From: Callorhinchus milii
Taxonomy: Eukaryota
NCBI RefSeq assembly: GCF_018977255.1
Contig: NW_024704742.1
Span: forward strand, 130,946,001-131,010,000
DNA length: 64,000 bases
Direction of reading: 5' to 3'
Shown here: piece by piece, positions 12,720 through 25,050 of the stretch
Numbering within the stretch: the first letter of the stretch is position 1
How the letters are laid out: each line of letters starts with the position of its first letter
Position numbers and translations under genes: made by a program
Notes under the pieces: model-generated
Database searches by the model: none
Told to the model about the DNA's origin: nothing
What the model saw: only the letters and a program-made list of their open reading frames with translations

Positions 12720-15700
12720 CTGTCAGAAAAGTAACATTAGCAGAGACGCAGGAAATCAAGAACAAGAGGAGGCTGTTCATTTCCACCGAGCCTGTTCTAC
12801 TAGTTTATTAGATCTCGGCAGATCTTTTAATTCCAATGCCACACTCTTCCACCAGTACCCCATTTGTAGCAAGTAACAACTGAAAGAGAATATTTCCAAC
12901 CCTTTCTCCACTCCCTGAGACAGATCTTTCTTCCATGGGATTGGAATTAATGATAATAAGTCCTTGCGATTGATGTAGCGGCGTTGGAGGGGTTTGGCAT
13001 TGGGGGGCTATAAGATCATCACCATGATAATTTCTCCATCATAGAGGAACTGGCTCCAGGTACAAGCAGAGTCAGAGCTATGCCCTCCGCTTTCCTCTTG
13101 GCACTTTAGCTTCCTTCCCAGTGTTATCTGAATGACCAGTCCGTTGGTCTGTGATTCACTGGGATTATTGAGAGATGTTCAGTTGAAAAGGCTCATAGAT
13201 GACATTAAGAGTGACAATGTCTTTTTTTTCTCTATCTCCCTCTGTGTTCAGCCTCTCTGCAACTCGAATGCCTCACCAACCAGATCGACTCAGTACAAGG
13301 TTACAGATAAATAACCTGTAACCTGCTTCATGTCAATCTTTTAACCATAGGTGCCGATAAATTGGTCTTGTTTCGGGAGTTGTGAATCAAATCCCGATTC
13401 CACCGTCCACCCACCCTCGCTCAGTGAGGTTACAGAACAAATTGGGTCCTACCAAATGGTTTCATTTGCAAATGTTACAAACTAATGCTTATTTTCCAAA
13501 TGTGTTTCCAATGCAAAAATGTGAGATAATATTAAGTAGTGAAGTGAAATCTCCCAGAGAATCAGCTATGAAAAGGGATTTAGAATATCTGAGCATTGGC
13601 AGCCCAAGTATTCCTGGGAGGCAACATATTCTTATTGCTAAGAATAGCCATCTTATCCCATTGTAAATATCCTTCAAGTCCCACCTCAAGACCCTCCTCT
13701 TCGACCATGCCATCGGCCACACCCCTCCCCTCCCTTCTCCCCCCCTGACCCCAGCTCAGGTCTGAAATGCTGTATACTGGCCAGCGCCTTGGGACGTCCT
13801 CCCGACGTGAAAGGCGCTATACTAATGTAATCTTGTTGTTGTTGTAAAGAAGTAGGGAGAATATTCCCTATATTTAGTGATCAATGTGACATGAACACCA
13901 TGTTCCCCATACCCAATGATCCATTACAAAATAGAAACCTTAGTGCCTTAGTGCCCTAATGCTCACTTATTGATTCCAGTCTGTGATGCTCAACACCATA
14001 CAGTCCTGAGGCCTAAAATTCCATCTGCTCTTGGCCTGAAGACCATTGCCTTTAGGTTTAAGATTGCACAGAATTTTGGAAAATTCTTAAATTCAGTCTC
14101 AATTTGGAAAACGTTTTTCCTCAGGTCTTTCTGAGAACTGGAGAAAATCAGTTTCCAAATTAAGACCAGAGCTCAGAATTTTCCACAAATTTGCACCATG
14201 TTACATATTTTGTAACAGTTGTTAACCGGTTGTTGGATCGCGTAAAACCTCCCCAAAAAAATTGCTCACTCAATCCACGACTGTTTATGGATCACTGTTT
14301 TGTGCGATTGGCTGCTGCGTCCCACTGACAAATACATAGTTAAGATCCAAGGTGAGAGTTGGTTTCTTGTGCAGAGATGTGGGTGATTGCATAATATGGA
14401 TTGTACCAGTTGGAAAATCTTAGGGCAAATGTGTGAGTAAAGTAACAAACATTAAGAACAACTGCATGCTTTATGTACTGTGTATTGCATAACCTGCAAT
14501 ATCTCAACATTGAGTGAAGATGTTGAACTTAAAAGAAACTAACGGTCAGAATAAGGTGTGCAAACACACAGGACAAGCAAGAATCCACCAACCACTAGTG
14601 GGGAAATCACAGTTACAGAACTCTGTCTGAATATTTCTCCCAAATCCTTACTTCCCCGCTCTCACTAAAAGCTCATCTGTTTAAATCCTCTCTCCCGCTG
14701 TGTTTTACTCCGAGAGACTATGCTAAAAATAATCAGAAAAACAAGAATGACCACCTTGGGTATTGACAAACCTCTCATTTGTAAAGGATCCAGACAGCTA
14801 TTATCCATTGCACCGTTAGTGCTGTGACTTAGACAGAGTAAAATTGGTGTTCAATGCGGGCACTTTGAAAACAGGAACAGCCCTCTGGGGGACTCTTACT
14901 GCAAACTCATTGAAAGTTCAGGAAAGCAGGTTTCTTTTAAGTAGACAGCGTCCCTTTATGACTGACCTCAAAAATGGAATGAGCCCAGCAATTCCGCCTG
15001 GCTGGTTTGCATGGGCTCTTGAGCCCTAACACAATGAAAAGGATCCACTAGAGAGAGAGAGAGAGAGAGGAGGGGGGGAAGAGGGAGAGAACTCTGCAAT
15101 TTCTCTCAGAAATAGAGCAAGCATTTTTCACAAGATGTTCAAAAGATCTGTGTCGCACCGTGCCTTTTTGAGAGCTGAGCATAAAGAAGAGAGATGCGCC
15201 TTGTTTCTTCAGCATCGCTAACCTCTGGAAGGGAAATGTAACCTTGAGTGTTTCAATGATTACATCGGAGTCCACTGTGCATTGATTTCCAGCCGGGTTA
15301 CATATAATAATATTAATAATAATAGCTCTTACGTTTGATATAGCGCCTACATTTAGGACATCTCTAGGCGCTTCACAGAATATACTGTAAGGTAAATCGA
15401 CTGTATATTTTGTGGGCGTAACGCGGCAGCCAATTGCATGCAGCAGTGTTCCACAAACAGTCGTGGATTGAGTGACCAAAATATTTTCTTTAGACATAGT
15501 CTAAGATCACACTCCAATGCAGTGCTGGGGGGACTACTGCAATGTTGGAGGCAAAGTACTTTTGATTATGGGAAGGTGCACCCTCTCTTATTCTGTATTA
15601 AGCACCCCCCCACCCTCTTTCATTGCATGCTGCCCTGTTTAAACCCTCCCCCACCCCACTGTTGTAACCACTTTGTTCAAGTCCTGGAACTGTTATGATG

Positions 15701-16149
15701 GAACAGGGCAAATTTTCCGTCTTTTAATCACACACTTGATTGTACACTGAACGTGATAAAGATAGAAGGAGCCTTATTGAAATCAAAGTGGCAAGCAACC
15801 TTTAATCAGTGTCTTTCAATGCACTTGTTATTCTATTTTAAGTTCTCTTGCACAATTGAACTCAGTCACTCTTTCTCTGAGCCTTTTCCTATCGATACCA
15901 TATACTGCATCAATCACTGCATGAGCAAAACTATTCCAAATCGTTAACAAGTCCCCATCCTCTAGGCAGAATAACTGCAGATTACAAACAAATTGGAGCT
16001 GAGGTACAGATCAACCATGATCTCATAGAATGGTGGAACAGGCTCGAGGGGCTGAATAGCCTACTCCTGTATTTATGTTTCTATGTTCCTATGTGCAAGA
16101 GATCTCTGTTTCTCCGGGACAGTCAGTTTAGTTAAATTTAGCTCAGGCC

Positions 16150-17143
16150 CATAACATAAGACCATAAAATGTAGGAGCAGGAGTAGCCCATTCTGCCCCT
16201 TGAGCCTGCCCACCATTTAATAAGATCATGGCTGATCTTCTAACCTAATTCCATTTACCCGCCCTATCCCCATATCCCTTAATCCCTCTATCCTTTAGAA
16301 ATCTATCAACCTCAGTCTTGAATATGTTCAAAGACTGAGCATCCACTCCTTTTGGAGTAGAGAATTCCACCAATTCACTACCCTTTGAGTGAAGAAATGT
16401 TTCCTCAACTCAGTTCGAAAGGGCTGACCCTTAATCTTAAGACTATGACCCCTAGTTTTAGATTCTCCAAACAGGGGAAACATTCTCACGGCATCTACCC
16501 TGTCCAGACCATTAAGGATCTTATAGGTTTCTATAAGATCATCTTTAATTCTTCTGTATTCTAGAGAATATAGGCCTAGTTTACTCAACCTATCCTCATA
16601 GGTCAACCTCCTCATCCCAGGAACCAACCTAGTGAATCTACACTGCATCTCCTCTAAGGCGAGTATGTCCTTTCTTAAATAAGGAGATCAAAACTGCATA
16701 CAATATTCTAGGTACGGTCTTACCAAGGCCTTATACAACTGCAGCAAGACTTCCCTACTCTTGTACTCCAACCCTTTTGCGACAAATTCCAACATAGCAT
16801 TAGCCTTCCTAGTTGCTTGCTGTACCTGCATACTACCTTTTTGTGAATTTTGTGACTGGTGTACAAGGACACCTAAATCCATCTGAACACTAACACTACC
16901 TAGTCTTTCCCCTTCTAGAAAATAATCCGCTTTTCTATTTTTACTACCTAGATGAATAACTTCACACTTCCCCACATTATAATCCATCTGCCACCTTCTT
17001 GTCCACTCACCTAGCCTGTCTATTTCCCTTTGCATTCTTTGTGTGTCATCCTCACAGCTTGCTCTCCCACCTATCTTCATATTGTCTGCGAATTTAGATA
17101 TGTTAAGTTCTATTTTCTTATCTGAATCATTGATATGGAACAT
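16150..17143 (-). mobile_element. CR1 LINE, 5'-truncated, decayed reverse transcriptase plus 3' UTR
   Basis: ORFs 16688..17143 (SKFADN, LYKALVRPYLEYC) and 16328..16648 (TRGHSLK, FFTQRVVNWWNSL); CR1-type 3' end. Confidence 0.93.
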
Positions 17144-18664
17144 GTTACGAGTTCCCTTATTTCTGTAACGTTAATTCTCAACCACAAAACGAAAAACAAC
17201 CGAAGAAACAATTTTAATTAAAACTTTTTAAAAAAACAAAAACATTTTATATCTCCCTACCCAATCATCCCTTTTACCATCTCCGTCTCACAGGAACATT
17301 GAAACACAATCTACCCTAATTAATTGCAACCAAACTAATAGCCTTATTCCCTTTATTAGAGATTTTCCAAGATTCTGAACGCTCTTATATTTTAAGATAA
17401 CGGCCCTAGGCTTAAGAACATGAGTACTCTAAACGCCTTGCAGGTGTTAGTTCACAGTGAACTTTCCTGCCTGGCTCACCAAGGAACCAATTTGCAAATG
17501 GCAATGACTCACAAACAGCCATGAAGTTGTTGGCCAGGACAAAGAGAGAACCCCCTTTTCTTTTCGAATAGGCAGAACGGACCTGGGCTTTTTAATAATT
17601 CTTTTGGAGGCAAGGGAGTAAATGAGCAATTGAGCTGAGAGAAATTGGTGTCGACCATCACCTGTAAATAGATCATTGCGATTTGCATTCAATCCATCAA
17701 ATTTTTCCTGATCATTAGAAACCCTCATCTGTTCATTTCCTTCCTGGCTCCACTCGCTGTGCTGCTGACTTGCTGTATTACCGTACGCTTCAAGTTAATG
17801 AGAGCCATTTGTAAAACTAACACCCAACTCCTGTTCCTCTGTATCTCTGACAGATGTGCTCTTTAATGCGACTCATTCAGCAAAATCACATTACGCCCAT
17901 GGAAACAGACCTCACATCAAGCACAGGTGCATTTAGCGACGGGGAGTCTGAACACAACAATATATGTTTGCCACCGATTTAACAGAATAATTTAATGCTC
18001 AAGTCGAAATCAGAATAGTTCAGGTTTATTGGATTCCATTATTCGGAGGCATCTGAAAGATTCAATCTCAATGCCCAGAAGGACATGCATTTATTTGGCA
18101 TCGTCCCAGCTTTGTAATGTGGGGGCAATAATTCTGATTGACAATGTATGATAATAGAAAGTACACAAGAAAAAATTACCTTGCCTCCTCTCGTTCTGTT
18201 TAATTACAGAAGAGCAGCTGTACCAATGTACACAAATGACTTTCCTCCCTCCCCCAGAGATAAGATCCAAACTTTGGTGTTGCTGGGTGGGGGTATGTGA
18301 TTACTGACTGTGAAGAGGTGTGAATTGGAAGCTTTGATGTTCTAACTATATGCACTTTATTCAGCTTCAGGCAATCCTCAATTAAAAATTAGATAATAAT
18401 CCCTCCAAAAAACAAAAAAAATAATAAATTGGTCATTTTCAATCCACGACTGTTTGTGGAACACTGCTGTGCGCAATTGGCTGCCATGTTTCACCCACAA
18501 ATATACAGTCAATTCACTTTACAGCATATTCTGTGAAGCACTTTGAGATGTCTAGAAGACGTGAAAAGCGCTATATCAAATGCGAGAATTATTATTATTA
18601 TTAAGATCAACACAAATTTGTATTGACCGATTTGGTTTAACCTGTATCGCAGATAATTCCGGGG

Positions 18665-18930
18665 CGTAAAAGAACCAGAGGGGAGACAAGGAGAATTTTT
18701 TTTACACAGAGAGTTGTTATGATCTGGAACGTATTGCCTGAAAGGGTGTTGGAAGCAGATTTGATAGTAGCTTTCAAAGAGGAATTGGATAGGTATTTGA
18801 ACAGGAAAAAATTGCAGGGCTATGGGGTAAGAGCAGGGAATGGGACGAGTTGGATAGCTCTTTCAAAGAGTCGGCACAGGCATGATGAGCCGAATGGCCT
18901 CCTTCTGTAAGTCTGTAATTCTATGATTCT
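18665..18930 (+). mobile_element. CR1 LINE 3' end
   Basis: IWNVLPERVLEAD...FKEELD; ends gaatggcctccttctg...(ttctatga). Confidence 0.85.
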
Positions 18931-19944
18931 AATTGCTGTTGTTCTCAACAGCTCCTCTGATCATTCTTTCTACAGTGCCTGGATGTTATTACTGCCTCAC
19001 TCTAAAGACTCTCTCATAAACCAGAGAATCCAAAAACATTAAAGTTCCGAACTTTCTTGTCACTTCAGTTTCATGTCAAGAGGCACTCGGGGTTATACCG
19101 CTCTGTCTGGAACTAGATAAATTGTTGACAATTGTAGTATTAAGGATTATGGGGAAAGAACAGGGGACTAGGATTAGATTAGAATATACAATCAATTCAC
19201 TTTACAGTATATTCTGTGAAACACTTTGAGACGTCTCTAAGATGTGATAAGCTGTCATATCAATTGCAAGGATTACATTCCACAGACCCACATATCAAAT
19301 GCAAGGAGTATTATTATTATAGAGTAGATCGCTCCAATGAGAGTTAGGTGAGGTGGGTGTGGGGGGGGGGGGGGGGGAGTTAGCAACAGCTGACAGAAAG
19401 GGCTGCACTTTGCGGTAGGTCCTGTGAAGCGCTTTGAGATGTCCTCCCTCCCTGAAAGGTGCTATGTCAAATGTAACGATTATTATGGACTTAATAGGTC
19501 CTTCTATTGTGCAGACATGTTAAGATTTTCAGTCTCGAGCCAAATCGTTGCTTATTCAATGGGATTTGTCTCACTCAATGGGATGCATTTCCATCAAAAG
19601 CAACCGGGAGCTCACGCTAGTTGGTATGACTTCTGGTATGACCGGTAATGATTTTTTTTCAATGTCATCTGGCTCATACAGGAGTTATTCTTCCATTAGG
19701 AATTCAAGCAGTTCCCAATACTTCTCATGCCACATGAGTGATTATTTCCCCGTCCTGTTTATGCAGCAGTACACTGTGGCAATCTCGTACTGCTTCTGGT
19801 TGGGAGTGGGGGGAATTCAAGTGTGGCTTCACTTTGGCGCACCGCTAACAACAACAAGAAATTACGTTTGTACAGCGCCGTTCACATCAGGAGGACGTCC
19901 CAAGGCGCTGAACAGTCAGGGATTTGGATCCGAGCCTGGGATTG

Positions 19945-20587
19945 GGTTCCCAGGCTCCATCGCATCGCCCGTCTCCGCCAATACCTTTCCCCAAAAGCCG
20001 CTGAAACTCTGGTCCATGCCTTTGTCACCTCTTGGCTACTCCAACGCCCTCCTCGCCGGTCTCCCATCCACTACCATCCATAAAATCCAACTCATTCAGA
20101 AGTCTGCCGCCCGCATTCTCACCCGCACGAAACCCCGCTCCCCGATCACCCCAGTCCTTGCCAGACTGCACTGGCTGCCTGTCCCAGAGAGGATCGACTT
20201 CAAGATCCTCACCCTCGTATTCAAGTCCCTGGACTCCTCTGTACCCCCCTACCTCTTTGACCGCCTCTCTCCTCAAAACAGTACCCGTTGCCTTCATTCC
20301 TCCAGGTCTGGCCTCCTCCTCATCCCCCAAGTCCTCCGCTCCATCCTTGGCAGTCGTGCCTTAATCCACTATGCCCCGAGGCTCTGAAACTGCCTTCCTC
20401 ACTCCCTTTGTCTCCCTCCCTCCCTTCCCATTTTCAGGTCTCTGCTGAAGACCTTTCTTTTCGACTGCGCCTTTGGTCACCTTCCTCCTCCTCCCCCTGG
20501 CTCGGTCCCGGGATCCGTTAGTGTAAAGCTCTCTGAGACGCCGTCCAGCATGGAGGGCGTTATATAAATCCAAGTTGTTGTTGTTGT
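19945..20587 (+). mobile_element. L2 LINE 3' portion
   Basis: YSNALLAGLP...LIQKSAARILTR...ITPVLARLHWLPVPERIDFKIL; tail ggcgttatataaatccaag(ttg)n; flanked by inverted L2 pieces (19848-19945, 20590-20860). Confidence 0.9.
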
Positions 20588-21456
20588 TCAGAGGGCAAGG
20601 AGGACAAGCAGGGTAGGGGTAGGACGGTGACCTAAGGTGCGGTCGAAAAGGAGGGTCTTGAGACAGGCCTTGAAGAAGGTAAGGGAGGGAGCGAGGCAAA
20701 GGGATTGTGGGATGGGGGCAAAGAGGCTGAATGGTGGGGCAGCTGGATGGGGACCATGGATCAGGCCGGAACCCGCTGAGCGGAGGGAGGGGACAGGTTT
20801 ATATGGCATTAGCAGATTACAGAGGTAGGGAGGAGCAAGGCTGGGGAGGGCATTGAAGGTGAAAATTTCAGGCTAAATGCTGTTACTGTAATGATCACAG
20901 CCCTAAAGGAATTCACCTTTGTTGCTGTACTATCTGCTTCTTTTAAACGTATTTTTTAAAGTTCGGCTGCACAAAACAGTCGGTGTCACACCCACTTCTT
21001 GAAAATCTTGACTCACGTCCTAAAGAAGCAGTGACTACAGAACGTTCTGAGGGGTAGCGAGACCCTTAGAGTGGGTGTTAACAATAATAATCCTTGCATT
21101 CGATATAGCGCGTTATCATGTCTTCGAGACGTCTCAAAGCGCTTCACAGAATATACTGCAAATATATTGACTGTATATTTCATGGGAGATGTGGTGAGTT
21201 CCAACAGAGCTCATTGTTCCATTGCCACCACAGGTATAACTTGTGATATTCAAAACTTACAGTAGCTGCAATTTGGACGGGAAATGCTATTTTTAATCAT
21301 TTAGTTTGTAATAATTGCAAAATGATTTATTACAATTTCCAAAAGCTGCCAAAGCAACTTGCTGTGATTATCTCAAATTGGACCCCAATCACAATTCAAT
21401 TAGTAAACTCCTGAAATAATGAAACTCCTGATATGATGAAATTTATATTACAAAAA

Positions 21457-21775
21457 TAATAATAATCCTTATATTTAATGTAGCACCTTTCACGTTGGGA
21501 AGGTGCCTTAAAGTATTTCACGGGGCTTAATGTGGAGCATGTCTTGTAGGCAAACTCGGCAGCTAATTTATGGAAAGCAATGTCCCACAAACAGCCATGA
21601 AATGAATGACCGACCGATTTTATTTGGGAGATTGTTGACCAGGACACTGGGAGAAACTCCCTTCTCTTTTTGAACAGACGGGACCTCGGTTTAACATCTC
21701 ATTCGAAGATGGGCACCTCCATCAATGCATCACTCCCCACACTGCTCTGGAATGTCAGCTTAGACTATGTGACTC
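21457..21775 (-). mobile_element. SINE family B
   Basis: Same core and tail as the other family B copies. Confidence 0.75.
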
Positions 21776-22951
21776 ACGAAATGTGGAGCTGTTTATAGGT
21801 CTTTGATGAGGGACAAGCACGTAGCACTGGTTTTAAGGATATGCTTCAACTGCGATTTCTGCTCAGCTGATAAACGTTCCCTAAATAAGTAACAACGAGA
21901 GTTAATGGGAGGAATTGTGTTTAGGAATGTCACACGTTTACATGCATTGGTTTCTGTACAAGCTGTTATCAGCTGTGTAGCCGCTCAGTCAGCTATAGGA
22001 AGCTGATTGCCGGGGCTTTGCTTAATAGCTTTGGAGTAAGTACTGCTCTGTTAATAACAGCTGATCTATTGAACTGGACTGCAAGAGGAATGGCAGGAAT
22101 AATAGAGTCCATGTAGTCATTAACCTCGCTAACTACCGAGTTATATTGTCCAACACATCAGTTCCTGCAAATGCCCCTGGTATAATGATACAGAACAACT
22201 AATAAGAAAGAAATCATTTACGTAAGATCCAGGACCAGAAATGGGTCATTAATTGTTCAGTTACAGCTCTTAACCAACCCCGGCCAAAACACACACCAAA
22301 TATCCGCTGTCTGACCCAATCACAAGTGCTTTATGCATGAGCTTAACATCCAAATTTGCCCGCCCCCGCCCCCCTCTTATGAATTCGCACATCGTGAGCA
22401 ACATTTCAGACTATTAACAATTCTGGGTTGTGAGGCCTTGGGATGGAAATACACAAGGGAAAGCTGGTATTGTGGACACCCTGGAGGAAATGATTTCTTC
22501 CATTCATCAAATGGTCCAATTAAGGAACGCTCTGTGGATTTCAACATAATAGGACCACTAACACCTGAGAAAACATCCCCAGGGAATGAATTTACATCCA
22601 CAAGTCCTGACTGTAGCTGAATACGTTATCTATAGGTTCCTTTGGCTCTCAGCCTGTTGACTAGCAAAAGGAACCAATAGCGACCAGCTTGACCCGCATT
22701 AACAGCAGTCTCTTGCTTTGGTTAAGCGAAGACTGCGGGAGATTTTAGCTTTCCAATCGAATCTTGAGTAAAGTCAGCATGGAATTGGATCCGTTTCACA
22801 CAAATGACAGGCACTGGGGGTTAAAAATGCAAACGGTATTTTGCTAAAACAGGCACGACTGCAGCATAGACGTGATACAATAATAAAACACCATCGGTAA
22901 GGCTGAAAATTACCTGTAATAGCTCTCAGGTCTCAGTTCGGTTTCAGCGGT

Positions 22952-23079
22952 TCAGTAAGGGCGGTTGGCATCCTTTGGCCTCTTGAGTTGTACTTTCAGC
23001 CTCTTCATGCCGATCTGAAAGCCATTCATTGCCTGGATGGCAGCCTGGGCACTGGCAGGATTGTCAAAACTCACAAAAC
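22952..23079 (-). CDS. CELF4: CELF4 last coding exon: [42 protein letters not shown]
   Basis: 128 nt including TGA (22954-22952); completes RNP1 KCFGFVSF; acceptor ttttcggcag; the exon continues 38 nt into the UTR to donor ACAG|gtaatt at 22914. Confidence 0.97.
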
Positions 23080-24827
23080 CTGCCGAAAACATTAGTTTTA
23101 CAACTTCGTGGGCCAGGAAGCACCAATACAACAATTCATGCTTGTATGTGTGGAAGACCTTGCCTTAATCCTTTGCCATCTCCAGGCTATTCTTTCCAGG
23201 AAAAAAAAGAAAACCACTTGAATGGAAATCTTTTCTGGGGAGGACAAAGAGTTAAAGCTCCGAAGAGTTCAAGTCCCACAGCATTTAAAAAGCGTCATTT
23301 ACAAACATGTTTCTAACAACCCGTTGCCTAGTAATCACACATTTTTAGATATAGGATGGACCAAGTTGACTTCTGTTGTGCTTTCAAAACTCACCCTCGC
23401 CCTCTCCTCCTCTCAAGGCCTTACCTACAGTCGGACCTGATTCAGATAAAAGCAATGCTGCCAGCATCAGAATTCAGATCAACATTTGTGCAAATCCAGA
23501 ATTCTTGACACTTATTCTGCTTGTTGTAATTTGAGCTGCTGCAATATTGTTTCCCACCGTTATTCATAGACTGAGAGGAGGGAGAGAAGGGAGTGTGGTT
23601 ACAGCACAAAACGAGGAAGGAATAACATCCTGTGATGAGACAGGCAAAAGGTCCTCCAAATCAACCTGGTATTTTGATGTTAAATCTTATCTGGGGAGTC
23701 AGAAATCAATTTGGTCCAATCTTACAAGGTTGAAACATAATTTTGCATCGTTGCTGTATATTGGGATGTGCAGAGCAGGATCACTTCATTAGGTTCGCCA
23801 ACTAAATACTACACTTGCTCTCAGTTTCATGAGACAGACATGTAGTGACAGGAGTCGCATAAGCCAGAAAGAAATCAAGCATTTGTTGGTACGTAAGATC
23901 CACGGTTCAAAATACATTCGGTTCGGACTCTTACCTTTACAAACTGGTTTTGGTGCTTTTCAGTGCATTAAGAAAAATATATCAGACCAGGCCTGTGTCA
24001 GAATGTGCGTACAGAGGACATGAGCAATAGGGAATATCACGTGACACATATCTGTGGCAGCATTCACACCATTATATCCAATTACAATCTAACCAGTCTC
24101 TCGTTTGAGGATTTCACTCTGTTTCTATGTACAAACGAAAGTTGAAAGAAAAATACCTCACCCACTCAGGCATCATGCACGCGCGCACACACACAGTGGA
24201 CCTTAAAGTTAATGAGAGATGAGCAGCACCACGTACTCAGATGAAAGGATCAGGAGTGTGTACAGTGAGCAACTGGACCTGAAACCAAAGATCTGGAGGA
24301 ACAGAGAGAGAAAGAGAGAGACATGCATGGACTTCAGGCTCTGTAGACCTGCACTTGCAGGACAATGCACTCAGCACCGCAATTTGAGATAAATTGCCCC
24401 ATAGATGAGTTGCTGCAAGTCGGCTTCAACCGGCTCCAAGTTTGAAACTTTCAATGTGCTCAACAGATAACTTTGTACACTGGATTGGAGGTCACACCTA
24501 ACTGATATGAAGATTGCCACTTCATTCTCATTTAATCGCTGGAAAGTACTGTAATTAGATGCTACAAAAACGACAAGCGCAGGGGAACATATTAAACTAT
24601 CCTGCCAAAAATACTCAGGCATGATCCTTATTAAATCATTCAGACTGAGTATTCTTTAAAAAAATTTTTTGTGCAAAGTGCTAAAATGATTGATGAAACT
24701 ATTAGCAATCCTCGCTGTAACCACTATTTATTTCCTAGGTCCCACACAACATTTGCAGGAATCACATTGACTGTGTTTTTAATGTTCCATTCAAACTAAG
24801 CACAACTACTTTATGCTTTGATTTTTT

Positions 24828-25050
24828 TTTGGTCAGCTGGGTGTCTGACACATGCAGAAACCCATCGCCATGCTTAAGAGTATCCAGACCAAGCTGAGAA
24901 TTCCTATGCATCCCAACGACACATGGAAATTCCAGAGATAGATTGTGGAATGGAATGTGCACTCTCTCCCTGGAGGGACGTAACCAGTTTACCTAATTCC
25001 GGAAAGTATTAGGCGCAGGGTGGCAAGAGCCAAGGCTTGGGGACCCCAGA
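24828..25050 (+). repeat. Unclassified dispersed repeat family C (also 26570-26790+, 38900-39065+, 48510-48690+, 44390-44432+, 25755-25825-)
   Basis: Shared ggtcag..gggtgtctgacacatgc.gaaacccatcacc.tgcttaagag...cagagata....tggaatggaatg.gcactctctccctggaggg. Confidence 0.85.

Noticed and set aside
19352..19378. G-run with G-quadruplex potential (also 41918-41934, 36463-36490)
   Set aside because: Simple homopolymer tracts, common in this window, with no functional context
19548..20387. 279-aa ORF, the longest in the window
   Set aside because: Chance read-through of unique DNA into inverted and frameshifted L2 fragments
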